Made by a program: the position numbers and the translations under genes. From Gemmatimonadales bacterium (GTDB lineage Bacteria > Gemmatimonadota > Gemmatimonadetes > Gemmatimonadales > GWC2-71-9), in the NCBI GenBank assembly GCA_037189525.1, contig JBBCJC010000011.1:1-64000 (forward strand): a stretch of DNA of 64,000 nt. The letters run 5' to 3'. Position 1 is the first letter of the stretch. Every line of letters starts with the position of its first letter. Below are positions 49,866-60,287 of the stretch, in pieces. The notes beneath the pieces were generated by a model, which ran no database searches, was not told the DNA's origin, and was given only the letters and a program-made list of their open reading frames with translations.

Positions 49866-50939
49866 ATGGATACCCCCCGCTACCTGATCATTGCCGACGG
49901 CAACTTCCACCCCCTGGAATCGAAGACCGCGAACTCCGTCATCCGGTACCATCCGTCGCGGGTCGTCGCCGTGCTCGATCGGCGGACGGCAGGGAAAACC
50001 GTTCAGGACGTGCTGGGGTTCGGTGGCGCGACGCCGATCGTCGGATCGATCGAGGAGGGCCTGGCCTTCAAGCCGACGGCCGTGATGATCGGTATCGCCC
50101 CTGCCGGCGGCCGGTTGCCGGACGAGTGGAAGGGCTGGCTGACCAAGTCGCTCGATGCGGGGGCCGATCTGGTCAGCGGGTTGCACACGTTCCTCTCCGA
50201 TGATCCCGACCTTGCCGCGCAGGCCAAGCGGCTCAGCCGGTCCATCTACGACGCCCGGAAGGCCCCGGCCAACCTGCCGATTGCGGCGGGCGAAGCGCGG
50301 CTGGTCGATCCGTTCGTGGTCCTGACTGTCGGGACGGACTGCAACGTCGGCAAGATGACGGCGCAGCTCCAGCTGGTCGAAGGCCTCAAGGCGCGCGGGT
50401 TGCGGACCCGGTTCGTCGCGACCGGGCAGACCGGCATCTTCATCGAGGGGTGGGGCACGGCGGTCGACGCCGTGATCGCCGACTTCATCGCGGGTGCGGC
50501 CGAGGATCTGGTGCTCCAGGGCGCCAAGGACGCGGACATCGTGCTGGTCGAAGGCCAGGGCAGCATCAATCACCCAGGCTACTCGGGCGTCACGGTCGGC
50601 TTGCTGCACGGGTCCTGCCCCGATGCCTTGATCCTCTGCCACCAGGCGACCCGGAGCCACATCGGCGAGTATCGGACGACGCCGTGGCTCAAGATCCCGC
50701 CTCTGTCCCGCTATGTCGAGCTCTACGAGATGCTCGGCTCGGCGGTGCATCCGACCAAGGTGGTGGGTATCTGCCTCAACACCTACGATCTCAACGAGGC
50801 GGATGCGATCAAGGCGTGCCAGGCTGCCGCCGCCGAAACGGGGCTGCCGGCAACCGACCCGGTCCGGTTCGATGCGGCGCCGCTGCTCAACGCCTTGGTG
50901 CGCGAGCGGGAGAACTATCTGGAGCGTCGGGCGCGGTAA
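49866..50939 (+). CDS. DUF1611 family (DgcN-like) P-loop protein
   Basis: GIAPAGG, SGLH, VGTDCNVGKM, ATGQTGI, DFIAGA, VEGQGS. Confidence 0.88.
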   Translation: MDTPRYLIIADGNFHPLESKTANSVIRYHPSRVVAVLDRRTAGKTVQDVLGFGGATPIVGSIEEGLAFKPTAVMIGIAPAGGRLPDEWKGWLTKSLDAGADLVSGLHTFLSDDPDLAAQAKRLSRSIYDARKAPANLPIAAGEARLVDPFVVLTVGTDCNVGKMTAQLQLVEGLKARGLRTRFVATGQTGIFIEGWGTAVDAVIADFIAGAAEDLVLQGAKDADIVLVEGQGSINHPGYSGVTVGLLHGSCPDALILCHQATRSHIGEYRTTPWLKIPPLSRYVELYEMLGSAVHPTKVVGICLNTYDLNEADAIKACQAAAAETGLPATDPVRFDAAPLLNALVRERENYLERRAR

Positions 50940-50965
50940 CGCGCTGCCGAGCTGGCGGATCGAGT

Positions 50966-51003
50966 ACGAAGGGCGGGGCGCGTGAAGCGCTCCGCCCTTT
51001 CGT
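50966..51003. terminator. Hairpin between convergent genes
   Basis: ACGAAGGGCGGGGCGC / GCGCTCCGCCCTTTCGT. Confidence 0.65.
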
Positions 51004-51019
51004 CGTCAGAGAAGGGTGA

Positions 51020-52924
51020 TCAGGCCGGCTGGTCGAAGATTGTACGTACCTTGCGAACCAGCAGTTCGAGTGAATACGGCTTGAGCAGAAAAGGATGCCC
51101 GCCGAGGTCCGCTTCGTCGAGATCAGCAGCTCCGGAGGTGAGCAGGGTGCGAACGCTGGAATAGCGGGTGCGGAGCTGCGCCAGGAGGTCCCGGCCATCG
51201 CCGTCGGGCAGGTGCAGATCCGCGATGACGAGATCCGGAGGTTTCCGCATTTCGCCGGCCAGCTGGAGCGCCTCGGCGACACTGGCCGCCACCGCGACCT
51301 CGTATCCGTTGGCGGTCAACATGGCGTTGCCGACGGCGCGCACCTGCGGCTGGTCTTCCACCAGGAGGATGGTCTCGGTCCCGCGAGCACCCGTTGCGTC
51401 GCTGCCCGCGCCAGGCGTTTCCTGGGTTTCCTGCGCACGTGGCAAATAGACGTGAAAGGTGGAGCCCTCTCCCAGCGTCGAATCGACCGTGATCACGCCC
51501 TGGAATCGTTCGATGATTCCGTGACAGGTGGCCAGGCCGAGTCCGGTGCCCGTGCCCCGGGGTTTGGTGGTGAAAAACGGCTCGAACATCCGGGCTCGCA
51601 CATCGTCGGGAATACCGGTGCCGGTGTCCGTCACCGAGATCCGGACCCAGTCGCCACTGGCCAGCGCGGCGGCGGTACCGGGACGGCCGTTCGGAACATT
51701 GCTGGTGGTAATGGTGACGGCGCCGCCGCTCGGCATGGCGTCGCGGGCGTTGACGACCAGGTTGGTGAGCACCTGTTCGAGCTGACCCCGGTCGGCCACC
51801 GTGGCCCAAAGGTCGGTTGCCAGTGCGGTGCCGCACTTGACGGTGCTGCCCACCAGACGGCTGAGCAGCCGCTCCAGGTCGGCCACCATGCGGTTCAGGT
51901 CGAGCTCGGTTGGTTCGGACGGCTGCCGTCGCGCAAACGACAGCAACTGTCGGGTCAACGCTGCGCCCCGATTGGCGGTGGCGGCGATACTCTCGAACAC
52001 GGGGCGGACTGCCAGGGGAAGATCCGGCTCGCTCAGGCCGGTTTCCGCTTCGGCCAGCATGACGGCGAGCAGATTATTGAAGTCGTGGGCGACACCACCG
52101 GCCAGACGTCCCAGGGCGTCGAGTCGCTGGGCGTCCTGGAGCTGGGTTTCCAGGCGGCGGCGCGCGGTCGTGTCTTCGTACATTGCGACGAGCGCCCCCG
52201 GCGTTTCCGGATGGTCGGTCAGACGCGCCGCACTGAGCCGCAGATCGATGATCGCACCGTCCGGCCGGCGATACTGCAGGTCGATGCCGGTCAGTTGACG
52301 GCCGCGCAAGACTCCGTCGAGGAGCAGGTGGGCCGGGCCCTCGATTGCATGATCCAGCGGCGGCATCGGCTGACCGATGACCTGGGAGGCGGGTACGCCG
52401 AAGACCTGCTCGGCGGCGCCGTTCCAGAGTCGGACCGTCAGGTCGTCGTTCAAGACGGCAATCGGGAGCGGCGAGGCGTCGAACACGGCGCTCAGCAGGC
52501 GCTGGGTCCGGTGGAGTTCATCGCGCGCCTGGCGCAGACGCCACCGCCCCTCGGCCGTGCGTAAGGTGCGCACGAGCAGGTCGGGGTCCACCGGCTTGAG
52601 CAGGTAGTCGCACTCCTCCTCCCGCAGGGCACGGATGGCGCTTTCCAGCGTCCCGTTACCGGTCAGGATGACCACCTGCATTTCCCCCGAGTAGGCGTGC
52701 AATCGCACCGCCAGATCCAGCCCGTCCATGTCCGGCAGCCGGAGGTCGACCACGGCCACCGGCGGGGTGTGTCGCGCTTCCTGGGCAAGGGCCAGCGCCT
52801 CGCCACCGGTCTGCGCCGTGAGCGGCGCAAAGCCATGCAGGGGGAGGATGTCCTCCAGGGTCCGGGTCAGGATCTCGTCGTCGTCGACGACCAGGACCGG
52901 AACGTGATCAGCGTCGGTCAGCAT
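51020..52924 (-). CDS. Hybrid histidine kinase (REC-PAS-HisKA-HATPase-REC)
   Basis: [46 protein letters not shown]. Confidence 0.93.
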   Translation of the reverse strand: MLTDADHVPVLVVDDDEILTRTLEDILPLHGFAPLTAQTGGEALALAQEARHTPPVAVVDLRLPDMDGLDLAVRLHAYSGEMQVVILTGNGTLESAIRALREEECDYLLKPVDPDLLVRTLRTAEGRWRLRQARDELHRTQRLLSAVFDASPLPIAVLNDDLTVRLWNGAAEQVFGVPASQVIGQPMPPLDHAIEGPAHLLLDGVLRGRQLTGIDLQYRRPDGAIIDLRLSAARLTDHPETPGALVAMYEDTTARRRLETQLQDAQRLDALGRLAGGVAHDFNNLLAVMLAEAETGLSEPDLPLAVRPVFESIAATANRGAALTRQLLSFARRQPSEPTELDLNRMVADLERLLSRLVGSTVKCGTALATDLWATVADRGQLEQVLTNLVVNARDAMPSGGAVTITTSNVPNGRPGTAAALASGDWVRISVTDTGTGIPDDVRARMFEPFFTTKPRGTGTGLGLATCHGIIERFQGVITVDSTLGEGSTFHVYLPRAQETQETPGAGSDATGARGTETILLVEDQPQVRAVGNAMLTANGYEVAVAASVAEALQLAGEMRKPPDLVIADLHLPDGDGRDLLAQLRTRYSSVRTLLTSGAADLDEADLGGHPFLLKPYSLELLVRKVRTIFDQPA

Positions 52925-53633
52925 TGAGCACGTCCAGCAGACGGTCGATGGGGAGCGGTTTGGTAAAGGCGGCGTCGATCAGGCCTTCCGGCGTTTCCTC
53001 GACGGTTCGGTAGAGGTCATCCGGGTGGCCGCTGTAGAGAATCAGGAGCACCGACGGATTGACTTCGCGGATCGCGAGGATGCATGCCTTCGGATCGATG
53101 TGGTTGAGCCGAAGGTCCAGGAGGACCGCGGTTGGCCGATCGGCCGCCATGCGGGAGACGGCTTCGTTCAAGGTGCGCGCCTTGACGGGCGACAGCCCCT
53201 GCGTCGTGAGGAGCTCGCACAGGGTGTCGAGGAACTCGGGCTGGTCATCGACGACCAGGACCGAGCGGGCATCGCCGCGGGCCGCCTCCAGATAGGTGAG
53301 CAGCGCCGGGAGATCGACCGGCTTGCGCAGAACCTGCAGCACGCCCGCCGTCTCCGCCTCGGCGATCAGTTCTTGCGCTGCAAACGCGGTCATCAGCACC
53401 ACCCGGGTCCCCGGGCGGTCCTTCTTGATGGCCTGGAGCGCTTCGACGCCATTGAGGCGGGGCATCCGAACGTCCATCAGGACGACATCGACGGACTGTT
53501 CGTGCGCCAGACGGACGGCGTCCTCGCCGTCGAAGGCCCGATAGGTTACCCAGCCGTTCAGTTCGAGGATATCGCAGAGCGTCTCGACCATGCCGCGGTC
53601 ATCATCGACGACGAGGATCTGTTTGGTAGTCAT
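52908..53633 (-). CDS. Dual receiver-domain protein without an output domain
   Basis: Two REC units, each with DD, phospho-Asp, T/S and KP. Confidence 0.9.
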   Translation of the reverse strand: MTTKQILVVDDDRGMVETLCDILELNGWVTYRAFDGEDAVRLAHEQSVDVVLMDVRMPRLNGVEALQAIKKDRPGTRVVLMTAFAAQELIAEAETAGVLQVLRKPVDLPALLTYLEAARGDARSVLVVDDQPEFLDTLCELLTTQGLSPVKARTLNEAVSRMAADRPTAVLLDLRLNHIDPKACILAIREVNPSVLLILYSGHPDDLYRTVEETPEGLIDAAFTKPLPIDRLLDVLNADRR

Positions 53634-55387
53634 GAGGAGGCAATCGGTACGTGCAGCGTAAACGTCGTCCCGCGCCCGAGCGTGGACTCGAAGGAGAGGT
53701 CTCCGTTGTTGGCTCGGGCCAGGCTTCGGGAGACGGCGAGCCCGAGGCCGATGCCTCGGGCTTTGGTGGTAAACAGCGGCTCGAAGATGCGGTCGCGATT
53801 CTCGTCGGTGATCCCGCTTCCGGTGTCCGTGACATCGATGGCCAATCGGTCACCGTCGAGCCGCGTCCGTATCGTCATGGTGCCCCCGTCCGGTTCCATG
53901 GCTTGGACGGCATTGCTCAGGAGATTGATGACGATCTGGCCGATCTGCACCGAGTCGACGAACATGGCTGGAGGGCCGCCGAACTCCTTCACCACCGCGA
54001 CGGATTTCGGGGTTGCGACCCGTCCCATGGCCTCGTCGATAAAGGGGCCAACGGCAACCGTGCTGCGCTGAGGGGGCTTGATCCGGGCGTAGTCGAGGAG
54101 GTCCGAGACGATCTTCTCCGAGACGCGGATCTGGCCGCGGATGATGCCCAGGTACTCGCGGACTTTGGGTGGTGCGTCCCGCTGAGTGGCTTCGAGGTAG
54201 TAGACCGCGTTGGTCATCACACCCAACGGGTTGCGTAACTCGTGGCCAACGCTGCTGGAGAGCTGGCCTAACGTGGCGAGCCGTTCCTTTCGGATCAGGT
54301 CCTTTTGAGCGGCTTCCAGTTGGGTGAGCGCCTCGGACAGCTGATTGGTTCGGGTCGCCACCTGGCTTTCCAGGGTCTCGATTCCGGCTCGGACCTGATC
54401 AGTCATCGATGCGAACGACCGGGCCAGGATGCCGATTTCGTCCCGACGCCCGGTTGCCAGGACCGAGAGCGAGAAGGTGTTGCCGCTGGCAATTGCCTCG
54501 GTGGCATGCGTGAGCGACTCCAGCGGCTGGGTGATGGTCCGGCCGACCCACCAGGCGAGTGCGGCGCCCAGTGCAACGACGATGAGACCGATTCCGAGGA
54601 ATGTCTGCGTGAGCGTTCGGGCGGGAGCCAAGGCCTGATCAGCGGGCATCTCCACCGAGACGACCAACGGTAGCCCGGGGAACTGTTCGCTTGCTGCGAT
54701 CCGGTGTGCTCCCTCTCGATCGTACTCGCGTCCGCCCGAGGTCGGTGGGGGACGATCGACCACTCGCCTCATATCGGTCCAGACGGTTCCATCGAGGTTG
54801 CCGAAAAGCAGGACGGCGTCGGGACCGATCAGATTGGTGAGTTGGGCAATGGCCGTCGCGGCCGCGACGAGGCGGTGCGTCTGGACCACATGACCGAGTG
54901 TGGCTCCTCCGATCCGTACCGGTGCGCTGACTTCGAAAAAAACGGTGTCGCTCGCAACGAAGAGCGGGCCAACGGCTGCCGTATCGGCTCGGGAATACGG
55001 CGCCGGCGGCGCGGACGCTCCCGCTTCTGCCACGACGGCGCCGCTGGCGTCCCGCAGGCTGATGGAGGCCAGCGGGTTGTTGGCCGGAAGCAGCTCCTGC
55101 AGGATGCCGGCGACCCCAGCGGTCTGGGATGGCGTCTGGAGTGCGGCAATCACGGCCGCATTCTCCGCGCCCCGGACGAGACGGGTGCGGGCGGTGAGGA
55201 AGCCGGGGTTGGCCATCTGGACGAACTGCTGAGCGACCGACTGCAGGCGCGCGACGGCCGCTTCTTTGGCGCTTCGGCGCACGACCTGATAGGCCACGAC
55301 ACCGAACGCGAGCACGACGAGCAACAACATCGCCACCATGGCAGCGATGAATCGAAGTCGTAACGAAATGTACCGAGGTTCGCTCAT
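53630..55387 (-). CDS. Membrane sensor histidine kinase with HAMP
   Basis: 2 TM, DEIGILARSF, GHELRNP, NLLSNA, DTGSG, FTTK..GIGLGL. Confidence 0.93.
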   Translation of the reverse strand: MSEPRYISLRLRFIAAMVAMLLLVVLAFGVVAYQVVRRSAKEAAVARLQSVAQQFVQMANPGFLTARTRLVRGAENAAVIAALQTPSQTAGVAGILQELLPANNPLASISLRDASGAVVAEAGASAPPAPYSRADTAAVGPLFVASDTVFFEVSAPVRIGGATLGHVVQTHRLVAAATAIAQLTNLIGPDAVLLFGNLDGTVWTDMRRVVDRPPPTSGGREYDREGAHRIAASEQFPGLPLVVSVEMPADQALAPARTLTQTFLGIGLIVVALGAALAWWVGRTITQPLESLTHATEAIASGNTFSLSVLATGRRDEIGILARSFASMTDQVRAGIETLESQVATRTNQLSEALTQLEAAQKDLIRKERLATLGQLSSSVGHELRNPLGVMTNAVYYLEATQRDAPPKVREYLGIIRGQIRVSEKIVSDLLDYARIKPPQRSTVAVGPFIDEAMGRVATPKSVAVVKEFGGPPAMFVDSVQIGQIVINLLSNAVQAMEPDGGTMTIRTRLDGDRLAIDVTDTGSGITDENRDRIFEPLFTTKARGIGLGLAVSRSLARANNGDLSFESTLGRGTTFTLHVPIASS

Positions 55388-55502
55388 ACGGAGACCTCCG
55401 TTATTCCAACGGTCCGGACCGCGTGGCGCGTCCCGAACCTAACGACGTTGACGTGATCCCGTCACCGGGTGGATCGAATCGACTCCGTCATCGATCGGTC
55501 GA

Positions 55503-56651
55503 TCATACCGAACTCGCGATCGTCGTCACGTAAATGGCACCGGCTATCGGCAGATTGGCCCAGTAATTCTCGATCCGGGTCACCAGTCCTTCGGTCGCTT
55601 CCTGGCCACGGGCAATCAGCAGCTGGCCGTCGGCTGTTCGAACATCACTCACGAAAATCATGCCCGGTTGGACGGCGGTGAGCGCGACCTCTCGAACCGG
55701 CGCCGCATCCGACTTGGGCTCGTGAAGGGCACGGAGTCGTGTCAGCAAGTCCGGGTCGTATCGTCCGGCGTGGCTGGCGAGGCGGCGGAGCGCATCGTCG
55801 GGTTCCACCCCGGCCGTGAGCAGGTCATCGAAGGCAAACGCGAGCGTCAGAAGCCGGGCGCCGAGGGGAATGTCCACTGCGCCAGGCTGGTTGGGCGCCC
55901 CGACGGGAAGGCCGATCCCGAGCAGGATTGCGCGCACGGACTCGAGGCGCGGAATGTTCGCGATGATCCGCGCGGCGACATGCGGGACCTCAGCGACGGC
56001 CTCGCTCTCCTGCGCGGTCAGGCCCGCGCCCGTTGCCAGCTTGTCGACGACCGATGGCGCCAGCGAGATGGTCCCGATCTGAGACACCATCGCCGCCACG
56101 TCCACTGCCCACCAGTTCGAGATCTCGAGATCGCCGGCGATCCGATGAGCCAGTCGTTTGACCCGCCCGGCACGTCCGAATGCGCCCGGCTGGGAAATCG
56201 CGAGGATGTCGACCAACGCGGCAACGCTGCCGTGTAAGGTCCGCTCGAGGAGGACCCGTTCGCCGACCACCAGGTCGTGCTGGACGCGCGCCGCATCCAA
56301 TGCCGCGATCAGAACCTCCGACGCGCACGGCTTTTCCAGGAAGCGGAAGATGCTGCCTTCGTTGACGGCATCGATCGCCGCCGACAGATCGGCCTGCCCG
56401 GTGAGCAGGATGCGAACGGCGTCCGGCTGCATGGTCCGGATGGCGCGGAGCAGCGCCACACCGTTCATGCCCGGCATGTTGTAGTCGGACACCACGATCG
56501 TGAACTGACGCTCGGCGGCGAGCGCAACCGCCTGATTCCCGTGCTCGGCGCTGACGACCTCGAAGCGCCGGTGCAGCATGCGCGTCACCGCCTCCAGCAG
56601 CCGCGGATCGTCGTCGACGATCAGGATCGGAGGACGCCCGGCGACGGTCAT
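55503..56651 (-). CDS. Response regulator with degenerate HD-GYP-like domain
   Basis: Intact REC; SQIG in place of HDIG; IPLGAR, YDP. Confidence 0.85.
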   Translation of the reverse strand: MTVAGRPPILIVDDDPRLLEAVTRMLHRRFEVVSAEHGNQAVALAAERQFTIVVSDYNMPGMNGVALLRAIRTMQPDAVRILLTGQADLSAAIDAVNEGSIFRFLEKPCASEVLIAALDAARVQHDLVVGERVLLERTLHGSVAALVDILAISQPGAFGRAGRVKRLAHRIAGDLEISNWWAVDVAAMVSQIGTISLAPSVVDKLATGAGLTAQESEAVAEVPHVAARIIANIPRLESVRAILLGIGLPVGAPNQPGAVDIPLGARLLTLAFAFDDLLTAGVEPDDALRRLASHAGRYDPDLLTRLRALHEPKSDAAPVREVALTAVQPGMIFVSDVRTADGQLLIARGQEATEGLVTRIENYWANLPIAGAIYVTTIASSV

Positions 56652-57844
56652 CGCGCGACTTCCAGCTCGGTCGCCAGCTCGCGCCAGTGGGGAACCTTTT
56701 CGCCGAGGTCGCGGGCCGAGAGGGCTGCCTCGTCGAGGACTGCGGGATGGCGGTGGGCGTCGCGGCCATCGGTTGTCTGTTCCCGAATCAGTGCGTCGGC
56801 GACATGGACATAGATGGCGAGGCCGGCGGGATCGGGTTCGAGGCCCGGAGTATGGTGATAACGCGCGGCACCGACGATCGACCAGGGCAGTCCCCAGAGC
56901 CCGAGCGCATAGGCGCCGAGGCTCGCGTGCGTCGTGCCGAGCACCGCTTCCTCGGCAAGGTGCATCGGGAGGCCCTCGGCGTCGGCATGCGCGACCACGG
57001 CGTCGTAGTGATCGGGACCCCGGCTGGCCAGGAGCAGACGCCCGACATCGTGCAGCAGCCCGGCGGAGAATGCGGCCTCCGCCTGAGTGTGGCTGGGCGC
57101 GAGCCGCCGGGCCAGCACGCCGACGGCAATCGCATGGGCCTGTTCACGCTTTGCGTCGAATCCGAGCGGCAGCGCCAGGTCCTCGATCGAGCGGAACATC
57201 CCGTGCACCATCGCCAGCGACTGGATCAGCCTGCTGCCCAGCAAGCTGACCGCCCACTCGATGCTCAACACGTCCCGGCTCGGCCCGAAGAAGGATGAGT
57301 TGACGAGCTGCAGGACCTTGGCCGCCAGGGACGCGTCGCGCTCGACCACGGCGGCGACATCGCCGACCGTCACGTCATCCCGGGCCAGCAGCTCGGTGAG
57401 CAGCCGGTAGACGGCCGGCACGGTGGGGAGTGTCTCGGCGCTGCCGACGATTGCCTCCAGCACCGGATCCGTGACCAGGTCTCGGAGCAGGCAGGCGCGC
57501 TCCAGCACGGCTTGGAGTGTGGTGGGGTCGCAGGGTTTCGCGAGGAACTGATGGGCTACGCGGGATGCGAGCAGGGTGCTCCGCGCGTCGGTCTGGCCCG
57601 TCAACACCAGTCGGATCGTTCCGGGCCACTGCTCGGCAATGGCCGCCAGGAACGTGGCGCCGTCCATCTCCGGCATCCGCATGTCGCTCACGACGATGTC
57701 GAACGGTGCCCGGTTGCATTCGAGCAACGCATCCGTTGGACTGCTGATGAAGATCGCGTCCCATTCATCCCGCCGGCTGCGGAGCACCCGCCGCACGCCG
57801 TCGAGGACCCGGGGCTCGTCGTCGACGAAAAGGATCCGTTTCAC
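56648..57844 (-). CDS. Response regulator with HDOD domain
   Basis: REC; LPTVP, LAAKVLQLVNSSFFG, GLLHDVG, HASLGA..W. Confidence 0.9.
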   Translation of the reverse strand: MKRILFVDDEPRVLDGVRRVLRSRRDEWDAIFISSPTDALLECNRAPFDIVVSDMRMPEMDGATFLAAIAEQWPGTIRLVLTGQTDARSTLLASRVAHQFLAKPCDPTTLQAVLERACLLRDLVTDPVLEAIVGSAETLPTVPAVYRLLTELLARDDVTVGDVAAVVERDASLAAKVLQLVNSSFFGPSRDVLSIEWAVSLLGSRLIQSLAMVHGMFRSIEDLALPLGFDAKREQAHAIAVGVLARRLAPSHTQAEAAFSAGLLHDVGRLLLASRGPDHYDAVVAHADAEGLPMHLAEEAVLGTTHASLGAYALGLWGLPWSIVGAARYHHTPGLEPDPAGLAIYVHVADALIREQTTDGRDAHRHPAVLDEAALSARDLGEKVPHWRELATELEVAR

Positions 57845-59124
57845 GGGGCCTCCTGAGGCATGCCCGCCTGGGGGAGGCGCAGATAGAATGTCGTGCTGCG
57901 GCCAACCTCGGACTCGAATCGGATCGAGCCGCCGTGCTTCTTGACCACGACGTCATAGACGAAGGACAACCCCTGCCCGCTGCCCAAGCCGCCCTCCCTG
58001 ATGGAGAAGAAGGGGTCGAACACGCGTGGCTTGACGGCGTCGGGAATGCCGGGTCCGGTATCGCTGACGGAGAGTTCGATGTCCGCTCCGGCCGATCGGG
58101 TTCGGATGTTGATCTGACCCGGCTCGCCACCGGGCCGCTCGTGGCTGGTGTCGGCGACGGCGTGCGCGGCATGGATGATCAGGGCGAGCACGGCTTGTTG
58201 GATCTCGCTGCGGAAGCAGGGGACGGTCGGCAGGTCCGGCTCGAGGTCGGTCGCCGTGGCAGCCACGTACTTCCACTCGTTGCGGGATAGCGCCAGCGTG
58301 GTGGCGACGATCGCATTCAGGTCCGTCGGTTCCCGTTCACCCGATCCGGGATGGGCAAAGCTCTTAACGGCACTGACAATTTCGCCGACGCGACGGACGC
58401 CTTCACGTGCCTGGCCCAGTGCGCGCGGAATTTCCGTGATAAGGAAATGAAGATCGATCTCATCCGCGAGGCTTTGAAGGCGCGCTGCATCCTCCGGAGC
58501 GATGCCCGATCGGTCGAGCACGGCCGTTTGCTGGTGAAGGAACGTGACGAGCTGGCGAAATCCCTCTTCGAGGAAACAGAGGTTGTCGCCGGCGTATTGG
58601 GTCGGGGTATTGATTTCGTGGGCAATGCCGGCCGCGAGGTGGCCGATGGCCTCGACGCGATGTGTCTGCGCGAGTTGCTGTTCGAGGAGCCGTCTGTCCG
58701 TGATATCGCGGAAGGCGCCAACCGAGCGGATTGCGACGCCCGTTTCGTCCCGGACGTAGTGACCCCAGATGGCGACCCAGCGGACCTCCCCGCTCGGATG
58801 GACGACCCGAGTCTCGAGTGAGAACGGCTCGCCCGAGCGCCGAGCGGCATCGATGGTCTGGAGAAACCGGCGCTGATCGTCGGGATGAATCGCGTTCACG
58901 ATCTGACCGAAATCGGTAAGCTGCTCCGCGCTCGCCAGCAGCTCGGTCGCATGTCCGCCCCACTCGACTCGATCTTCGGCGATATAGCGATACCAGGTCC
59001 CGAGCTGCGCGGCTTCCATCGCAGCGCGGAGCAACTCTTCGTGGGCGGTTGCAGTCGTCTCGCGGACCATCGGCGCCGGGTCCCGGTCGAGCTGCTGTGA
59101 TAAGGCCGTCTCAGCCACGATCAA
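57841..59124 (-). CDS. Cytoplasmic PAS histidine kinase with degenerate N-box
   Basis: IHPDD PAS, AHEINTP, ALIIHA, DTGPG, GSGQGL; start uncertain. Confidence 0.88.
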   Translation of the reverse strand: MIVAETALSQQLDRDPAPMVRETTATAHEELLRAAMEAAQLGTWYRYIAEDRVEWGGHATELLASAEQLTDFGQIVNAIHPDDQRRFLQTIDAARRSGEPFSLETRVVHPSGEVRWVAIWGHYVRDETGVAIRSVGAFRDITDRRLLEQQLAQTHRVEAIGHLAAGIAHEINTPTQYAGDNLCFLEEGFRQLVTFLHQQTAVLDRSGIAPEDAARLQSLADEIDLHFLITEIPRALGQAREGVRRVGEIVSAVKSFAHPGSGEREPTDLNAIVATTLALSRNEWKYVAATATDLEPDLPTVPCFRSEIQQAVLALIIHAAHAVADTSHERPGGEPGQINIRTRSAGADIELSVSDTGPGIPDAVKPRVFDPFFSIREGGLGSGQGLSFVYDVVVKKHGGSIRFESEVGRSTTFYLRLPQAGMPQEAP

Positions 59125-59308
59125 GTCCTCATTCTACCGTCGGGTGGAGCATCCAGGTCGACGCTCCGTCGACACTGCATATCGATAGGAAGTATCGGCT
59201 TGGCGGCGCCGAGGTTGAGCAGGGCGCCGCCAAAGACTCCGCTATCTGAACTCGCCCGGCGAAGCATGACGCATTTCGTGACCGGAAACGACCGTGGTCG
59301 TGTACCGC

Positions 59309-60064
59309 TCAGGGTGAAGGGATTATCCCGGGACTCAGGTCGGGGTGGTCTGAAAGTGGAGCATAGCCCGCCGGCCGCGAGTCGTGCGGATTGGGGTCGA
59401 GACGAATGCTGTACCCGACACCTCGGACCGTCTCGATGTACGGAGTGGTGACGATGGTCCGGAGCTTCCGGCGCAACTTGCCGACATGGACGTCCACGAC
59501 GTTGCTCTCGGGATCGAACTGATGCTGCCAGACATGCTCGATCAAACGTGCCCGCCGGATCACGTGTCCCGGGTGGAGCATGAAGTACTCGAGCATGCGG
59601 AACTCGAGCGCGGTCAGCGTGAGCTCGAGCCCGTTGCCGGTAACCCGATGCCGCAGGCGATCGATTTTGAGCGGTCCGAGTTGCAGCACGTCCAGGCGAT
59701 CCGAGCTGTGCCGGCGCTGGAGTGCGCGGATCCGGGCCAGGAGCTCGTCGATGCGAAATGGCTTGGTCAAGTAATCGTCGGCGCCAGCATCGAGCGCGGC
59801 AACGATCGCTTCGTGGGCTTCCGGAGGAGCGAAGAGCAGGATCGGGGCATTGCAGCCCTCGCGTCGTAACGCGCGAATCGCATCGACACCCGTCCCGCGT
59901 TCCAAGTCCGCGTCGATCATGACAACGTCGTAATCGGCTTGTTGCAGCAGATTCGTGATGTCATGATGACTGCGGGCGACATCGACCACATACCCGCCAT
60001 CGCTCAATTCGTGGGTGAGCCCCACCATCAGCGGCAGATTCGATTCGGCGAGTAAAAGCTTCAT
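59309..60064 (-). CDS. OmpR-family response regulator with atypical receiver
   Basis: GADDYLTKPF, ELLARIRAL, LTALEF, SNVVDVHV, IETVRGVGY. Confidence 0.9.
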   Translation of the reverse strand: MKLLLAESNLPLMVGLTHELSDGGYVVDVARSHHDITNLLQQADYDVVMIDADLERGTGVDAIRALRREGCNAPILLFAPPEAHEAIVAALDAGADDYLTKPFRIDELLARIRALQRRHSSDRLDVLQLGPLKIDRLRHRVTGNGLELTLTALEFRMLEYFMLHPGHVIRRARLIEHVWQHQFDPESNVVDVHVGKLRRKLRTIVTTPYIETVRGVGYSIRLDPNPHDSRPAGYAPLSDHPDLSPGIIPSP

Positions 60065-60211
60065 GACGACCGCAGTTCGCTTCGAGGTAATGGTGCGTTG
60101 CTCGATGCGCAGGGAAGAAGGTGCGATTGATCCGCAATGTACGAAAACCGTCATGGTAGTCAACCGTTATACAGGTGAAAATGGCGATCTCGTTGGTGAT
60201 GCATTCCTGCA

Positions 60212-60230
60212 ATAGGGCCGAATGGCCCTA
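60212..60230. repeat. 19-bp palindromic motif, inverted copy of 61464-61482
   Basis: ATAGGGCCGAATGGCCCTA. Confidence 0.85.
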
Positions 60231-60287
60231 CTAACACATTGCAAGTCAGGTTAGAACGGTGCGCATCCGCCGTCGACGTCATCGTGC

